UHGV virus genome: UHGV-0134778
DNA from: a virus
Strand: one strand, 5' to 3'
Length of the DNA: 64,000 bases
This document shows positions 9,333-17,722 of this stretch, in pieces. The notes under the pieces are model-generated. The model ran no database searches, had not been told where the DNA came from, and was given only the letters and a program-made list of their open reading frames with translations. The first letter of the stretch is position 1. Each line of letters opens with the position of its first letter. Position numbers and translations under genes: made by a program.

Positions 9333-9338
9333 AAACTG

Positions 9339-9400
9339 TTGACACAACACTTGATCTTTAGTATCATTATTTTCAAAGAGGGTTTGGTTCCCTCTTCTTT
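9339..9400 (+). promoter_or_regulatory. sigma70-type promoter with hairpin at the predicted transcript 5' end (hpf leader)
   Basis: TTGACA (9339-9344), 17 nt, TATCAT (9362-9367); hairpin AGAGGG-TTTGGTT-CCCTCT at 9377-9395 followed by TCTTT, then RBS AAGGAG. Confidence 0.55.
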
Positions 9401-9414
9401 AAAAGGAGCACGTT

Positions 9415-9732
9415 ATGCAGATTGAAATCACTGGCAACGTAGAGATCACTGAAGGTATGGTGTCTTTCATTTCCCACAAAATGTCCAAACTGGAGCGTTT
9501 GCACCCATCTGCCAACTATGCACGTGTGAGTGTAAAAGTTGAAAATGATCACCAGGAAGTTATGGCTTTTATTTTTGACAATTCTGGGAAAGAAGTTATC
9601 GCCAAAGCTAAAGGTAGCGATGCTTACGAGGCAACTGACCGTATGGTGGATGTTGCAGCACGCCAGTTGGCTAAATGCGGTGGAAAGAAAGGTAAGGGAA
9701 AAGGTAAAGTAAAGATTGACTTTTTAGATTAA
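9415..9732 (+). CDS. hpf: ribosome hibernation promoting factor / RaiA (YfiA) family homologue
   Basis: MQIEITGNVEITEGM...VSVKVEN...AKGSDAYEATDRMVDVAARQLAK tracks the recalled E. coli HPF MQLNITGNNVEITEAL...VVLKVEK...AEGQDMYAAIDGLIDKLARQLTK. Lys/Gly-rich tail. Own promoter 9339-9367 and RBS AAGGAG. Confidence 0.7.
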   Translation: MQIEITGNVEITEGMVSFISHKMSKLERLHPSANYARVSVKVENDHQEVMAFIFDNSGKEVIAKAKGSDAYEATDRMVDVAARQLAKCGGKKGKGKGKVKIDFLD

Positions 9733-9741
9733 GGTGCTACA

Positions 9742-9843
9742 ATGGGCATGATTAAGAAATTAGTCCCAAATGTAGAGATTGCATGCTTTGAAATTATGTT
9801 TGCAATCGCAGTTGTAGTTAATGTGTTAGGTTACGGCTATTAA
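9742..9843 (+). CDS. micro-protein, hydrophobic (33 aa)
   Basis: ATG 9742 after AAGGTG; sequence IACFEIMFAIAVVVNVLGY is transmembrane-like. Below the track cutoff. Confidence 0.3.
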   Translation: MGMIKKLVPNVEIACFEIMFAIAVVVNVLGYGY

Positions 9844-9870
9844 TTATCAAATAATTGAGGAGACCTCTAA

Positions 9871-10140
9871 ATGAAAATTAAATTATTCAAAACTGAGCTG
9901 GCAGACAAAAACTGCGGACTGGTTGAAGGCATGATCGTTGAAGCACAACCAGTTGACTACATGAAGGTGGTTCGTGATGCCCTGGGTGAAGGTTTTGATC
10001 TGATGGAGCCAGCTCTGCGAGAAGATGTCATCGAGATGGCTAAAAAGCACACACCGGAAGGTTTGGTAGTGTTTGTTGCACCAGGTAACGGGGAAGAGTT
10101 GATTGTAACTCCGGATGTGTATGAGGTTGTAGAAGAGTAA
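9871..10140 (+). CDS. small acidic protein, EVVEE-tail paralogue family
   Basis: MKIKLFK... ending ...YEVVEE; RBS GAGGAG. Confidence 0.5.
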   Translation: MKIKLFKTELADKNCGLVEGMIVEAQPVDYMKVVRDALGEGFDLMEPALREDVIEMAKKHTPEGLVVFVAPGNGEELIVTPDVYEVVEE

Positions 10141-10232
10141 TCCTGCTTGGGTTGGAATACTTTCCTCGACAAGAAAGGTTTATAATTATTTGTGGGAAAG
10201 GAATCCCCATCTCTTACCAGAGGTGATACTAT

Positions 10233-10496
10233 ATGATTGTTTATTTTAAAACTTCAGGTGGATACCCTGATTCTCAAAGCTTGATTGGAAAAACGTGCAC
10301 AGCATACTCACCTCTTGATGAGGAGGTAAGTGGTATCCTACGAGATATGTATCGGATTGATCCACAAGAAGCTTTTGATCAAAACCTTGTATTTGTCAAG
10401 GGATCAGACATAAAGTCTTTGGGGGCATTCCCTGAAGCAGATGATGATGCTGTTTATTCGTTTATGACACCTTTTGAAGCTATGGTTGTGGGGTAA
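10233..10496 (+). CDS. small acidic protein related to the EVVEE family
   Basis: ...LVFVKGSDIKSLGA... core resembles 8142 and 8359. Confidence 0.5.
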   Translation: MIVYFKTSGGYPDSQSLIGKTCTAYSPLDEEVSGILRDMYRIDPQEAFDQNLVFVKGSDIKSLGAFPEADDDAVYSFMTPFEAMVVG

Positions 10497-10500
10497 GAAT

Positions 10501-10833
10501 ATGAAAGTACGCTTTATTGGTGAAACAATTCCTGTGCATCTCCGGTCTCCTGAAGACTCTGCAGATCTTGCATCTCAAAAGGCGAGAGGGTATGATAAGA
10601 AAGTGATCTCAAGCAATGTAGAGCTTGAGGCCACCAGTCTGCCTGACCCAGCTGCATTCTTCAATCATTATGGCTACTATTTTAGCAATCTGATGAATAT
10701 TGGTGAGCTTGTGTTTATTAGTGGTGGAGAGATAGTTAGCAAGCTTGGTGGAGATCCGGATATCTTTCATGAAACCTGTCCTTTTGCATTTGTGGTGGGT
10801 TCAGATGTGGAAGTTATTGAGGAGGTTCGGTAA
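10501..10833 (+). CDS. small acidic protein, EVVEE-tail paralogue family
   Basis: MKVRFIG... with LVFISGGEIVSKLG core and C-terminal VGSDVEVIEEVR. The track ORF from 10474 overlaps the previous gene. Confidence 0.5.
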   Translation: MKVRFIGETIPVHLRSPEDSADLASQKARGYDKKVISSNVELEATSLPDPAAFFNHYGYYFSNLMNIGELVFISGGEIVSKLGGDPDIFHETCPFAFVVGSDVEVIEEVR

Positions 10834-11228
10834 TGGTAAGTCTATACCGTGTTGAGTATAGCTCGGATACTGTATACAACGTAAGAAGCAAAGATCGCAG
10901 TGATAGAGTGCAAGAAATGTATGTTCTTGCAGATAGTCCGTTATCTGCAGCGTTCAAGGCAGGAGCTCTTGCATCTCGTTGGAAATTTGAGGGTGGATCT
11001 TTCTATGAAGAAACCCTCGAAGATTCTGTTGTTATTTCTTCTGTAGAGGTTTCAACCGACTACGAAGGGAAAAAGTTCGTAATGCGGCACCCACACAGCA
11101 ACATTGCGTACTACTGGGATGTTCTGAACAATGAGTGGACACCTGATCTTCAGAAGGCCACTGTTCTAACCCCATTCCTGGCAGATAAGTTCCCACCAGA
11201 AGGTAATTTATCTGCACTGTTTCAGTAA
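10833..11228 (+). CDS. hypothetical protein, paralogue of 8626..9024
   Basis: 131 aa; shares the HP..YW....WTP block with 8626..9024. Confidence 0.5.
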   Translation: MVSLYRVEYSSDTVYNVRSKDRSDRVQEMYVLADSPLSAAFKAGALASRWKFEGGSFYEETLEDSVVISSVEVSTDYEGKKFVMRHPHSNIAYYWDVLNNEWTPDLQKATVLTPFLADKFPPEGNLSALFQ

Positions 11229-11239
11229 TTTTATGCCAC

Positions 11240-11275
11240 ACAGGTGTTGACAACACCAACCCTGTGTGCAATAAT
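11240..11275 (+). promoter_or_regulatory. sigma70-type promoter overlapped by nested palindromes (candidate operator)
   Basis: TTGACA (11247-11252), 17 nt, AATAAT (11270-11275). CACAGG/CCTGTG and GGTGTT/AACACC inverted repeats are centred on the -35. Confidence 0.5.
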
Positions 11276-11304
11276 ACCTTCATCTTAACAAGATAGGAGA
11301 CCGA

Positions 11305-11565
11305 TTGATGAAGATTAAATTGAAAAACCTTGAAACGGCAGAGATTCAGGAAGGTGTTGATTTCCGTTCTAAAGATGGAGACATCCTAGAGGCGAATGTC
11401 CCGACATATAAGTTGATTAAAGGTTTTGGCAACGTTCCGGAGGAGGATATTACAGACATTCTTATGATGTTGATCCTTGACGGGACTGTGTTTGTAGGTG
11501 AAGGTGAGAACGCTATTGCAATCCCGAGCCATTTTTATGAAGTAGTTGACGAAGAGGTGCTGTAA
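11305..11565 (+). CDS. small acidic protein, EVVEE-tail paralogue family
   Basis: MMKIKLKNL... ending ...YEVVDEEVL; preceded by the palindromic promoter at 11240-11275. Confidence 0.5.
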   Translation: MMKIKLKNLETAEIQEGVDFRSKDGDILEANVPTYKLIKGFGNVPEEDITDILMMLILDGTVFVGEGENAIAIPSHFYEVVDEEVL

Positions 11566-11916
11566 ATGAAAGTAGAGATCACAGGTTTTGATATGAATGC
11601 GGTTCCGGAAGATATTTTAGCTAAACTCCCGGAAGGTTTTGGTAACGGTGTTGTGGTTGATGCTGTTCCTCCTACCAAAGACATCCTGCTGCAGTATGGT
11701 GTGGCAGAGGAAGATGTTGATAAAGTTCTTACAATGATGGCAATCGACCGTGTTGTCGTTGTTAAAGGTCTTGAAGGTTTTGATAACGATCCTCTGATTA
11801 TTCGTGGTGATGACTATCGTATCATCGACAACGAAGGTCAGGGGTTCTACGAACCTTCTGCTGAAGATGTTCTTAACTTACTACTGGAAGCAGGTACCGT
11901 AGAGGAGGCAGAATAA
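11566..11916 (+). CDS. small acidic protein related to the EVVEE family
   Basis: MKVEITGF... ending ...GTVEEAE; start adjacent to upstream stop. Confidence 0.5.
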   Translation: MKVEITGFDMNAVPEDILAKLPEGFGNGVVVDAVPPTKDILLQYGVAEEDVDKVLTMMAIDRVVVVKGLEGFDNDPLIIRGDDYRIIDNEGQGFYEPSAEDVLNLLLEAGTVEEAE

Positions 11917-12245
11917 TGAAAATTGATCCGTTACTGAAGGCTCGTGCAGAAAAAGCATACACTATTAAGCTGACCTCTCTGGTTCCTACTTGTCATCCAG
12001 ATGTAGGTTGGCCTGAAGGTCTGGTAGAGGGGACTGTAACAGCCGCATATCTCCCTAACATCAAATACCTCATGGAGATCTTGGAGATGGATGAGGAAAC
12101 GGCAGAACAGTTCCAGTTAGACATGAAGCAAAGTGGGACTCTGGTTATTCACGGGTGGTATAATACTAAAGATGCAGAAGATCCCCTGGTAACTTCTAAT
12201 CTGGCATATGAGATCTTAGGGCCTTTGAACTTGGGGGAAGACTAA
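11916..12245 (+). CDS. hypothetical protein
   Basis: 109 aa; ATGA coupling. Confidence 0.5.
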   Translation: MKIDPLLKARAEKAYTIKLTSLVPTCHPDVGWPEGLVEGTVTAAYLPNIKYLMEILEMDEETAEQFQLDMKQSGTLVIHGWYNTKDAEDPLVTSNLAYEILGPLNLGED

Positions 12246-12532
12246 TGAAAGATTTGGTTAAGATCAAGATTAAAGACACCAATGGAGAACTCAGCCATTT
12301 TGGAATTAACGATGGTGACGAGCTGATCGCCCACCTGCCTACCAAGGAAGTTGTAAGCAAAGCGGTTGCCGGAGAAGAAGATGCAATGCAGGCTGCAGGT
12401 GTGGATGAAAACTATGTAGCAATGTGTATGTGCCGAGATCAGGTTGTTCTGTATAAAGCGTATCGACCAAATGGAGCACCTGAGTGGCTTGTTTTCCGAC
12501 CCGAAGGATATGAAATTTTAGAGACGCTATGA
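12245..12532 (+). CDS. hypothetical protein
   Basis: 95 aa; ATGA coupling. Confidence 0.5.
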   Translation: MKDLVKIKIKDTNGELSHFGINDGDELIAHLPTKEVVSKAVAGEEDAMQAAGVDENYVAMCMCRDQVVLYKAYRPNGAPEWLVFRPEGYEILETL

Positions 12533-12612
12533 TAAATCTTGCCAAGGTTGCAACGGCACTGTTAATTATTTGCTGGATAGTGACCTTGGCACTATGTCTT
12601 GTATTTCATTAA
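12529..12612 (+). CDS. micro-protein, hydrophobic (27 aa)
   Basis: ATG overlaps the upstream stop; ALLIICWIVTLALCLVF is one transmembrane-length segment. Confidence 0.25.
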   Translation: MINLAKVATALLIICWIVTLALCLVFH

Positions 12613-12621
12613 GGGGGCTGT

Positions 12622-12885
12622 ATGAACATCTTGGTGTGGGTTGTAGCAGTAGCGTTTGTTGCGTGCCTCTCTTGTTGGGTTGCTGTGAGGATTTCTATAG
12701 CCACTCTTCGGAAATTAGGGTTCTCAGAGTGGGATATTAATATCCTTTCTTTTCGCAATGAGACAATCTCAGCCGCCCTGCTGTGTAAGAAGTTTAAGTG
12801 GGAACCTTGTGAGGTCATGAACTATCTAAGAACAGGAGATATTCCTGAGAGATTTAAAAAAGTTCTTGACGGCAAAGACAAATGA
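12622..12885 (+). CDS. membrane-anchored hypothetical protein
   Basis: N-terminal ILVWVVAVAFVACLSCWVAV; RBS AAGGGGG. Confidence 0.45.
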   Translation: MNILVWVVAVAFVACLSCWVAVRISIATLRKLGFSEWDINILSFRNETISAALLCKKFKWEPCEVMNYLRTGDIPERFKKVLDGKDK

Positions 12886-12913
12886 TAGTATAGTGACTAA
12901 CAAGAGGTGAGGA

Positions 12914-13054
12914 ATGACTGATTTTACTGAAGCTTTAATGATGGCCTTATCTGTTTTAGCGCTATCGGTGTGTTTTGGGGCGTTATTCACATCTCTGGTT
13001 AAAGTTTTACATACCATATTCTCACCCAAGGAGCACAGTAATGACGAAGATTGA
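12914..13054 (+). CDS. micro-protein, hydrophobic (46 aa)
   Basis: ATG 12914 after AGAGGTGAGG; MMALSVLALSVCFGALF is a membrane segment. Confidence 0.3.
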   Translation: MTDFTEALMMALSVLALSVCFGALFTSLVKVLHTIFSPKEHSNDED

Positions 13055-13292
13055 CTTAAATGCTGGCGACCATGTTGTTGTCAAATGCATCGGGGATTAT
13101 CTTGGATTCACAATCGGCAATACTTACGAGGCAGTGGTGGCGAAGGTTTATCATGATAAAGTCCTTAGCCTTGTATTTGACTGTGATGATGACGGAGATG
13201 ACCGCTACGTCTGTGAGGTGCTGGCACGTGACGATAGTGAAGACCAGAAATTCCTGGTTATCGAACTGAACGGTATTTTTGTAGAACGTTAA
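13041..13292 (+). CDS. hypothetical acidic protein
   Basis: ATG 13041 after AAGGAG. The track ORF from 12975 has no RBS and overlaps the micro-ORF. Confidence 0.45.
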   Translation: MTKIDLNAGDHVVVKCIGDYLGFTIGNTYEAVVAKVYHDKVLSLVFDCDDDGDDRYVCEVLARDDSEDQKFLVIELNGIFVER

Positions 13293-13320
13293 TTTAAAAC
13301 AATATAAGGAGACTCTTACT

Positions 13321-13626
13321 ATGGCTAAATCTAAAGTTGAACTGTTCACCTCTCTGCCTTCTGACACTGCAGAGCGTGATCGCCTCCGTAAAACAATTGA
13401 AGAGCTGGTGGAACTTCAGCTTCAGATTAAAGATCTGAAAGACGCTATCAAGGATATTATTCTTGTAGAGAAACAGGATCACCTGTATTCTCCTAAGTTT
13501 ATCAAGTCATTGGTGGCTACCGAATTCGATATCCGCTATGAAGCTGAAAAACGTCGAGCTAAAATCGAAGAAGAGGTTGAGCACATGTCTGAAGCAGACA
13601 TTCTGTTCAAACGCTCTGCAGAATAA
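13321..13626 (+). CDS. hypothetical coiled-coil protein
   Basis: 101 aa, charged heptad-like sequence; RBS AAGGAGA; strong terminator follows at 13633-13660. Confidence 0.5.
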   Translation: MAKSKVELFTSLPSDTAERDRLRKTIEELVELQLQIKDLKDAIKDIILVEKQDHLYSPKFIKSLVATEFDIRYEAEKRRAKIEEEVEHMSEADILFKRSAE

Positions 13627-13632
13627 CAACGA

Positions 13633-13660
13633 AGAGGGGTCTTGGCCCCTCTTTTTTACT
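13633..13660 (+). terminator. intrinsic terminator
   Basis: AGAGGGG-TCTTGG-CCCCTCT followed by TTTTTT. Confidence 0.7.
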
Positions 13661-13680
13661 ATCTATGAAGGAGATTAGAG

Positions 13681-14007
13681 ATGCTAATGCCGATTACTGT
13701 AAAAGAACTAAATGAACGTGATGCAGGAGGCCTGTGGCCTGCACGGAAAATACGCTGCGTTTATATGAAAGAGAATCTTGAACACCTTGATCAACAGATT
13801 GCGGTTGGCGATATTTTCGAAGTTCTCTATTCTAATCGTCGCAACTGGGAAACCATTCAACCTTCCGGTTTTGTTCTTGCCAGACTTGATACCGGAGAAG
13901 TGATTATCCCTGGGCTGGATATTGTCTTCGAAATTATCCAGGAGTGGGATCCTGATAAGATTAAATATGAAGAGTTATTCGGTGAAGGTATTATCAGGCC
14001 TGTATGA
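13681..14007 (+). CDS. hypothetical protein
   Basis: 108 aa; RBS GAAGGAG. Confidence 0.5.
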   Translation: MLMPITVKELNERDAGGLWPARKIRCVYMKENLEHLDQQIAVGDIFEVLYSNRRNWETIQPSGFVLARLDTGEVIIPGLDIVFEIIQEWDPDKIKYEELFGEGIIRPV

Positions 14008-14315
14008 GGTGGATTATGTCTACAACGACAGCTAAATACTCCTATATGCCAGCAACCTCGGCAGAAATAGACTTCAGTTTTGATGTGTTTCCATTGTTTG
14101 AGGTGGTTCTGGCATACCCAACAATACTATCTACTCCTGAATCCCTTGTACCTGTTAAGTTGCAGAACGCTATGCATTCCATGCATTACAACAATAAATG
14201 TAGGCACAGATGGTGTCAAGACGAGGAAAAAGATCTGGAGAGTTTGAAAGATTTTGACAGTCACCTTTTGACACCTTTTAGTTACTCAAACCTAGACAAG
14301 CCTTCATGGGTATAG
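14004..14315 (+). CDS. hypothetical protein
   Basis: 103 aa; ATGA overlap; terminator at 14340-14368 follows. Confidence 0.5.
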   Translation: MRWIMSTTTAKYSYMPATSAEIDFSFDVFPLFEVVLAYPTILSTPESLVPVKLQNAMHSMHYNNKCRHRWCQDEEKDLESLKDFDSHLLTPFSYSNLDKPSWV

Positions 14316-14339
14316 CAAAATATCAAATTTAAGGCACAT

Positions 14340-14368
14340 AGGACGCTATGTGGCGTCCTTTTCTTTAT
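14340..14368 (+). terminator. intrinsic terminator
   Basis: AGGACGC-TATGTG-GCGTCCT followed by TTTCTTTAT. Confidence 0.65.
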
Positions 14369-14528
14369 CTGGTGCACGATTCCATACCTTAAGCAGTTAA
14401 TCTCATTACAGAGCGTTTAAAGGCGGCTTACAAGCAACTCTCTATTTCGAGCGTAGCGAGAACGCACGTCCGTTTTGACCCAAATCACCATACGCTCGGA
14501 TTTTAACCAAACCCTCGCGGCGTTTCTG

Positions 14529-14557
14529 TTGACACATTACCGCTCCAGTGATAATAT
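14529..14557 (+). promoter_or_regulatory. sigma70-type promoter
   Basis: TTGACA (14529-14534), 17 nt, TAATAT (14552-14557). Confidence 0.5.
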
Positions 14558-14577
14558 CCACACATCATTTGGAGAAT

Positions 14578-14679
14578 ATGGGATACACAATGAAAACATT
14601 GTCAGAGGTTTTGGTGGTGATCCTGATGATCATTACGTCCATAGTGGCTGTTGCCGGAATACTCACGGGTGGAACATGA
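14578..14679 (+). CDS. micro-protein, hydrophobic (33 aa)
   Basis: ATG 14578 is 21 nt after the -10 of promoter 14529-14557 and preceded by GGAG; VLVVILMIITSIVAVAGIL is transmembrane-like. Confidence 0.3.
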   Translation: MGYTMKTLSEVLVVILMIITSIVAVAGILTGGT

Positions 14680-15009
14680 TAAACACACATGCATCTGAAG
14701 AGACATCCAAAGGAGTGACTATATGTCCCTTGGCTGAGCCAGTGAAAGAGGAAAACTTAGATTCTGAAGATTCTCCATCTTCGCTCCAGGTAGATCCTGA
14801 GGCTGATGACCTAACGTGGGAAGACATCGTAGACATCTGGTTCTCCATTATGCCTGAGCACGAAGAGTTCAGAGGTGGCAGACTATGAAGCACCGAGCCC
14901 ACACAGGTTCCTCATGCTAAAGCATGGCCTGAAGAGGCAAACGTGCATAATTCCTGTGCATTGGAACGTATAAAACCCTGTTCACACTCTCATTTCTAGA
15001 GGAGATTTC

Positions 15010-15225
15010 ATGAAGATAGAAATATTTGGTGGAGCTGACAACACTTGTGGCCTGATTTACCTCGAATTCGATGAATCGTACCTGCCAGAAGTGTTAAACA
15101 TGGATTCTGTTGCTGAGGCTTTGGGAGTAAGTCCTAAAGATCTCTACTCTGGTGCTGAGATTGATGGTTGGGAGGAGACCATGAACATCGATTTCAGTGA
15201 AGTAGGTGATGAACCGCTGGACTGA
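15010..15225 (+). CDS. small acidic protein
   Basis: 71 aa, MKIEIFGG...; RBS AGGAG. Last gene of the rightward block. Confidence 0.5.
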   Translation: MKIEIFGGADNTCGLIYLEFDESYLPEVLNMDSVAEALGVSPKDLYSGAEIDGWEETMNIDFSEVGDEPLD

Positions 15226-15350
15226 CACACAATTAGTTGCCCGGCTAAAGTGCTGGAAGCACCCATAACATCTTCCAACTAAATTTCCTACCAACACAGT
15301 TACTTACCCACCACACATGACTGTTTGCTTGTTTAGTGAGCAGTCATCCC

Positions 15351-15378
15351 TTGACATTCTTGCCTATCTTGATAAAAT
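15351..15378 (+). promoter_or_regulatory. sigma70-type promoter reading into non-coding DNA
   Basis: TTGACA (15351-15356), 16 nt, TAAAAT (15373-15378); no ORF with an RBS in the next ~300 nt. Confidence 0.45.
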
Positions 15379-16671
15379 TAAGTTCTTCTCTTTTCTTTTA
15401 CCGAGTAATTCGGGTTTTCTGTTCTCTTCGGTTTGAAGGGGTATGGAGATACACCTGAGTGAACAGGGTGAACAACCGAACCTTTAGCTATGGCATTAGC
15501 ATGGCGAAGCGGACGGGTGACGAAAGAGGGGCCGGAGGACACCAGTCACTGCCATATAGTATATGGGTGATAACCTGAAGAGTCTGAATAAGTGTTTAAG
15601 TACCAGTCAGAGGAAAAGGTGAATGGTAGCCGAAGGGGGAGGGGGGTTTCTTATATCTTTAATTTGTATACTTTATATACACTTGTAAACCAATTCAATT
15701 AGGATCTGTTTACCACACAAAGTGGATGGAGACAAATATCACCTATTAAACTTGAATTATTTATAGAAAATACCACAACACTACTTAAGTCTTTGATTTT
15801 ACACACAAATCCTACAGATACTCACCCTCCATATTTAACATACTTGTAACATATCCCATACTCTACCTGTCTGATCAATTTACCCAACTACATCCCCATA
15901 TTTTTCCTGTCTGTACTACCCCTGCCCCGCCGGGAGTCCCGTCATATCTGGCTTCCCAGCAAATATCACACCCACAAATATCATTGCCTGAAGAGGGTTT
16001 CATCCCATAATACACACCTTGCCTGAAGAGCGATTCATACACCAACTAAATTTTTTAATTGACCCCTCCCCGCCGCCGGAGAGGTTGGCTTTTCCCACAC
16101 AGGCCTGAAGAGTCAGCCAGAAATATCTGAACAGGCCCAGTTATACCACGATTTTGACATGACCGACAGGAGTGCTACCCTGTCAGGAGCCGGTAGCGAC
16201 TGGAGTGCTGCCAGGCGGACGAAATGGGAATACTTCTCATTCTTATAACAATTCTCAAATATCGAGGCAGTGAGGCAAATTAATAGGTGAGGCCGTTCAC
16301 ACAGTGGCACAACATTTGCAACCTATCTTGTGGGGTGAATGAGAATACCTATCATTGTGAGAATAGTTATCATTACGGGCAATTTAACATAATACCCATT
16401 ATGCGCACCACTGGCGATACATACAGGGATTGATAACATGGGTTACTGTTTACGCACATAACAATTATATTTCTTACTATTTGTGCGGGATATAGTTAGC
16501 AACCAATAGATTAGATATTGACCTGCGGACTTCTGACCGTCCAGACGTCTAAACGCCCACACAACAAGGGTTATACATACATTCCTGAATGTAAACAGGG
16601 CCGCAAAAATGCTACCATACCAGTTTGTAAATTTTTCATGCAGCACTTGACAAAGAGGAGAAAAACTTGTC

Positions 16672-16720
16672 TGACACTTTTGCCACTTTTGACACTTTTA
16701 CCTTTGACACAATATGACAC
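16672..16720. repeat. cluster of four TGACAC boxes
   Basis: TGACAC at 16672, 16690, 16705 and 16715, embedded in repeated CACTTTTGACAC words. Confidence 0.5.
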
Positions 16721-16750
16721 AATAACGGCTGTTACTATTCCATATCTCAC

Positions 16751-16805
16751 TGTTTACGCATAGACTGTTTACGCCTGAATAGTTTACGCCCAAACTGTTT
16801 ACACA
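16751..16805. repeat. four iteron-like direct repeats (C/A)TGTTTAC(G/A)C at 14-16 bp spacing
   Basis: TGTTTACGC at 16751 and 16767, AGTTTACGC at 16781, TGTTTACAC at 16797. Further copies of CTGTTTACG at 16446 and 17267, and inverted at about 16590. Confidence 0.6.
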
Positions 16806-16815
16806 GAGATGATGA

Positions 16816-17109
16816 GCCATGCCATTCGTTTGCATGAAAACAATTAACAAGATAACAATTAACAAGTTAATAATCTTTCGCTGGCTATGCCAGGTGACTA
16901 GGTCACCCCTTCGGGCGTTTATATGACATAATATAAAAGCAGGGCAACTATTAGAAGATCTATAGTTGCCTTGCTTGTTATGTCATGATTAACTAAATAC
17001 AAGGCAACTATGATCTGAGTAATAGATTGCAGAAAAACTATCACGGGGGTGATGGTTACTGCTTTTATATTATGTCGCGACTCCGTCGCGCCATGCCATT
17101 CGTTTGCAT
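16816..17109. repeat. 20-bp direct repeat pair flanking a nested inverted-repeat structure
   Basis: GCCATGCCATTCGTTTGCAT at 16816-16835 and 17090-17109. Inside: 18-bp perfect inverted repeat GACATAATATAAAAGCAG (16926-16943 / 17059-17076) and four copies of GGCAACTAT/ATAGTTGCC. Confidence 0.65.
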
Positions 17110-17722
17110 AGTTGCCTTATTGTTACAGGTAAAATAATTACATTATTAATTATTTCTTATCTTTCTCTTAGTCATCTAATGATTCCAGTCAGTATAGTAA
17201 TGTACAGTAAACATTAGACGACTAAAGATTTCTCTGTTTATGATAACTCATCGTGATAATTTCGGGCTGTTTACGAAAAATGTTGACACCTGAGCTGATT
17301 TATGTTATGCAGTCTACACGAATAATTATTTTATGCAGGTATTGACTATTCCGTTATTCTGTGGTTGGAATAAATACTTTGCAGGCTATAGAATGGCGTG
17401 CGTACGTGAATTCTGAGATCTGGCGGCTATAGTTATACTCGATTTTTCGCGTAGAACACGCTTTAGATGCTGTGTAAGTGTATGACTTATAAAGATTTTT
17501 AGTTGTTGACAAGATATTGGAGATGTGCATCAGGTTAAAATTTGTGCAATAGCGGCATTACGTGCACTTTTGGGAGAGAAAACGGGTAAAAATGGACTTG
17601 CTACCACACAATGAAAAATTATGCAATAGTTATTTTCCATGTATATTTGTACAGTATGTGGGATTGATGGCTAGTCAATTATTCCACTTGCCAGGTAGGG
17701 CCGTTTATGGTAGGAGAAGAGC

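Larger units (their letters stand above)
14927..16112. repeat. five dispersed copies of (G/A)CCTGAAGAG
   Basis: 14927-14936, 15573-15582, 15986-15995, 16021-16030, 16103-16112; two copies extend to TTGCCTGAAGAG. Confidence 0.45.

Noticed and set aside
14475-14888. 137-aa track ORF
   Set aside because: The promoter at 14529-14557 lies inside it and a well-placed micro-ORF (14578..14679) occupies another frame. Only the acidic C-terminal part (possible TTG start near 14729) might be translated.
16443-16763. ORFs 16443..16646 (minus) and 16518..16763 (plus) inside the repeat region
   Set aside because: No purine-rich ribosome-binding site; they overlap iterons and TGACAC boxes, and the translations are low-complexity products of the repeats.
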